From Zestosphaera tikiterensis (lineage in GTDB: Archaea; Thermoproteota; Thermoprotei_A; Sulfolobales; NBVN01): a stretch of DNA of 32,000 nucleotides. Below the pieces are notes generated by a model that was not told the origin of the DNA, ran no database searches, and saw only the letters and a list, made by a program, of their open reading frames with translations. Below are positions 30,392 to 32,000 of the stretch, in pieces; position 1 is the stretch's first letter; each line of letters starts with the position of its first letter. A program made the position numbers and the translations under genes. The stretch lies in contig NBVN01000004.1 of assembly GCA_003056265.1 (NCBI GenBank), forward strand, positions 120,001 through 152,000, in the 5' to 3' direction.

Positions 30392-31792
30392 CTACTTAAT
30401 AGGCCATTTAACTTCAGGATCTACACAGATCCCAACCCTATTAAACAGTTCTCGCGCTCTTACATCAACTTCCTTAAGTACTTCCTCCTCATCAAGTGTT
30501 AAGACTTTCCTATCTCTCATAACGACTCTACCGTCTATTATCACGTCGTTTACGTCGTCCCCATGAGCTGCGAATACGATGTGGGAGATTGGGTCGTTCA
30601 TAGGCATTAGCCTAGGGTTCCAATAATCTACGGTTATCATATCTGCTTTCTTACCTACCTCTATAGAGCCTATTAAGTCTTCCAACCCTAAAGCTTTAGC
30701 ACCTCTTAAAGTAGCCATCTCAAGAACTTCCTCAGCTCTTAAAGCTTCAGGATCTTCTTTAAAACCGTTTTGAAGTATGGTAGCTATCTTCATCTCCTCA
30801 ATTAAGTCGTAGTTGTCGTTGCTGGGCCCGCCATCCGTACCTAAAGCTACGTTAACGCCTGCTTTAAGCATGTCTGAAACTCTAGCTATGCCTGAGCCTA
30901 ACTTACCGTTGCTTGATGGGTTATGGCTTACGTTGGTTTTCGTTTTGGAGAGTATCCCTATCTCCTCGTCAGTTACCCAAACAACATGTACTAAAACTAC
31001 GTTAGAACCGACTAAACCCAACCATTTAACGAACTCAACAGGTTTCATACCGAATTTCTTAAGGGTGTATTCAACGTCTTCCTTAACTTCAGCTAAGTGC
31101 ATAGTTATGCCTGTGTTTAACTCCTTAGCTTTAGCTACTATCTCCCTATAAAGTTCTACACTCGCAGCCCCTGGAGTTCTAGGGCCGAACCAAACGTATA
31201 TCCTCCCTTCCTTACCGTGGTATTTATTATACAGTCTTAAAACATCACTCATGCTGTACTCACCACTTTCAATAAGTCCTTTATGTAAAGCCCCCTCCTC
31301 TAAAGCATAGCCTGTTAAATCCATTACATGCCTAGCGACCGCAGCCCTTAAACCTGAGTTAAGTATTGCTTCAATTATCCTGTCGGGGCCATACCTACCC
31401 ACGAGTCCGGTCTCTAAGAACGTTGTCGTGCCTGATTTAATCATCTCAAGCATTGTTAGCTTAGCTGCGGCTAAAGCCTCGTCTTCAGTCATGTTGCCTT
31501 GAAGAGGCCATACCCTATCCTTAAGCCATGGTATTAACCTTCTGTAGTTAGCGCAGGCTTTAAGCATTCCTTGAACTAAGTGGACGTGTGTGTTGATTAA
31601 TCCAGGCATTACTATATGTTTTGAGGCGTTTATCTCCTCCTTAGCTTTACCGCGGTAGTCTTTATCCAGTTCAGAACACTTACCTACGGCTACGATAACC
31701 CCTGAATCAACTGCTACGCAACCGTCTTTTAAAACAAGCCTTTCTTTATTCATAGTTATGACAAACTTACCTCTAACGTATATATCTACCAA
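30392..31792 (-). CDS. amidohydrolase-superfamily deaminase (MtaD/DadD-like MTA/SAH or deoxyadenosine deaminase)
   Basis: PGLINTHVHL carries the HxH metal site. GITMHLAE, VLVHVVW and ALGTDG are the remaining metal and catalytic motifs of the ATZ/TRZ-MtaD group. The TTG start at 31792 is needed to include the conserved N-terminal beta-strand. Confidence 0.8.
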   Translation of the reverse strand: MVDIYVRGKFVITMNKERLVLKDGCVAVDSGVIVAVGKCSELDKDYRGKAKEEINASKHIVMPGLINTHVHLVQGMLKACANYRRLIPWLKDRVWPLQGNMTEDEALAAAKLTMLEMIKSGTTTFLETGLVGRYGPDRIIEAILNSGLRAAVARHVMDLTGYALEEGALHKGLIESGEYSMSDVLRLYNKYHGKEGRIYVWFGPRTPGAASVELYREIVAKAKELNTGITMHLAEVKEDVEYTLKKFGMKPVEFVKWLGLVGSNVVLVHVVWVTDEEIGILSKTKTNVSHNPSSNGKLGSGIARVSDMLKAGVNVALGTDGGPSNDNYDLIEEMKIATILQNGFKEDPEALRAEEVLEMATLRGAKALGLEDLIGSIEVGKKADMITVDYWNPRLMPMNDPISHIVFAAHGDDVNDVIIDGRVVMRDRKVLTLDEEEVLKEVDVRARELFNRVGICVDPEVKWPIK

Positions 31793-31867
31793 ACAACCAC
31801 CTAGTTAATATCGCTGAAATTCAATAATATTTATTTATTCACTTAAGCAAGTTAAGTTAAGAGTGGT

Positions 31868-32000
31868 ATGTTTATGAAACCACGTAAGTTATTAAGAAGA
31901 AGCTTCACGATTGAAACACTTAAGAATTTAGTTAAAGCTGCTAAGGGAGAATTGAAATCAACTTTAATCTTAAGGAACGCCAACTTAGTTGACGTTGTTT
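31868..32000 (+). CDS. amidohydrolase, adenine-deaminase-like N-terminus (gene runs off the right edge)
   Basis: Manual translation gives MFMKPRKLLRRSFTIETLKNLVKAAKGELKSTLILRNANLVDVV. The pattern '...A.G....dL.i.NA.lVdV' is the usual adenine deaminase N-terminal strand. It is divergent from the MtaD-like gene. Confidence 0.45.
   Translation, partial: MFMKPRKLLRRSFTIETLKNLVKAAKGELKSTLILRNANLVDVV

Overview
This 32-kb chromosomal segment has the gene content and signal style of a hyperthermophilic crenarchaeon (Thermoproteota, Desulfurococcales/Acidilobales-like). That taxonomic guess is an inference from gene content only. Supporting content: a family-B replicative DNA polymerase with a crenarchaeal-type N-terminal extension, a proteasome beta subunit, endonuclease V, a CTP-dependent riboflavin kinase, a NOG1-type GTPase with a UPF0248 partner, NAC, an aCPSF2-type beta-CASP RNase and two tRNA-Arg genes. 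There is also at least one canonical archaeal C/D-box sRNA, AT-rich TATA-like boxes about 25 nt upstream of start codons, and an ABC binding protein with a C-terminal Thr/Ser stalk plus TM anchor. About 32 credible protein genes are packed tightly, with many 4-30 nt overlaps. Most short antisense ORFs in the track are shadow ORFs. I saw no CRISPR array and no rRNA. Two patches look accessory or scarred. (i) 13.1-16.3 kb holds a C/D sRNA, an orphan 84-aa ORF and a TnpB-only IS200/IS605-type element of about 1.5 kb. That element sits between two 5'-truncated genes (a CARDB/S-layer-like fragment and an FtsX-type permease fragment), next to tRNA-Arg(CCT). (ii) 24.2-26.5 kb holds a decayed repeat, a 280-bp tnpB-less miniature copy of the same element, a HEPN-MNT toxin-antitoxin pair and a 740-bp ORF-free, hairpin-rich stretch. 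The miniature copy keeps the element's left end and its omega-RNA-like right end. Five copies of the element's left-end core (TTAC|AACTGAAAGCC) occur in the window. The best candidates for something under-described are the guide-RNA-only miniature element and its degenerate relatives, and a three-gene membrane cluster at 8.2-10.0 kb. That cluster encodes a 2-TM VirB2-like small protein, a polytopic protein with a large extracellular beta-rich domain, and an unannotated 49-aa 2-TM ORF. It resembles the membrane module of the crenarchaeal Ced DNA-import system. All calls are from reading the sequence and ORF translations by eye. No searches were run.
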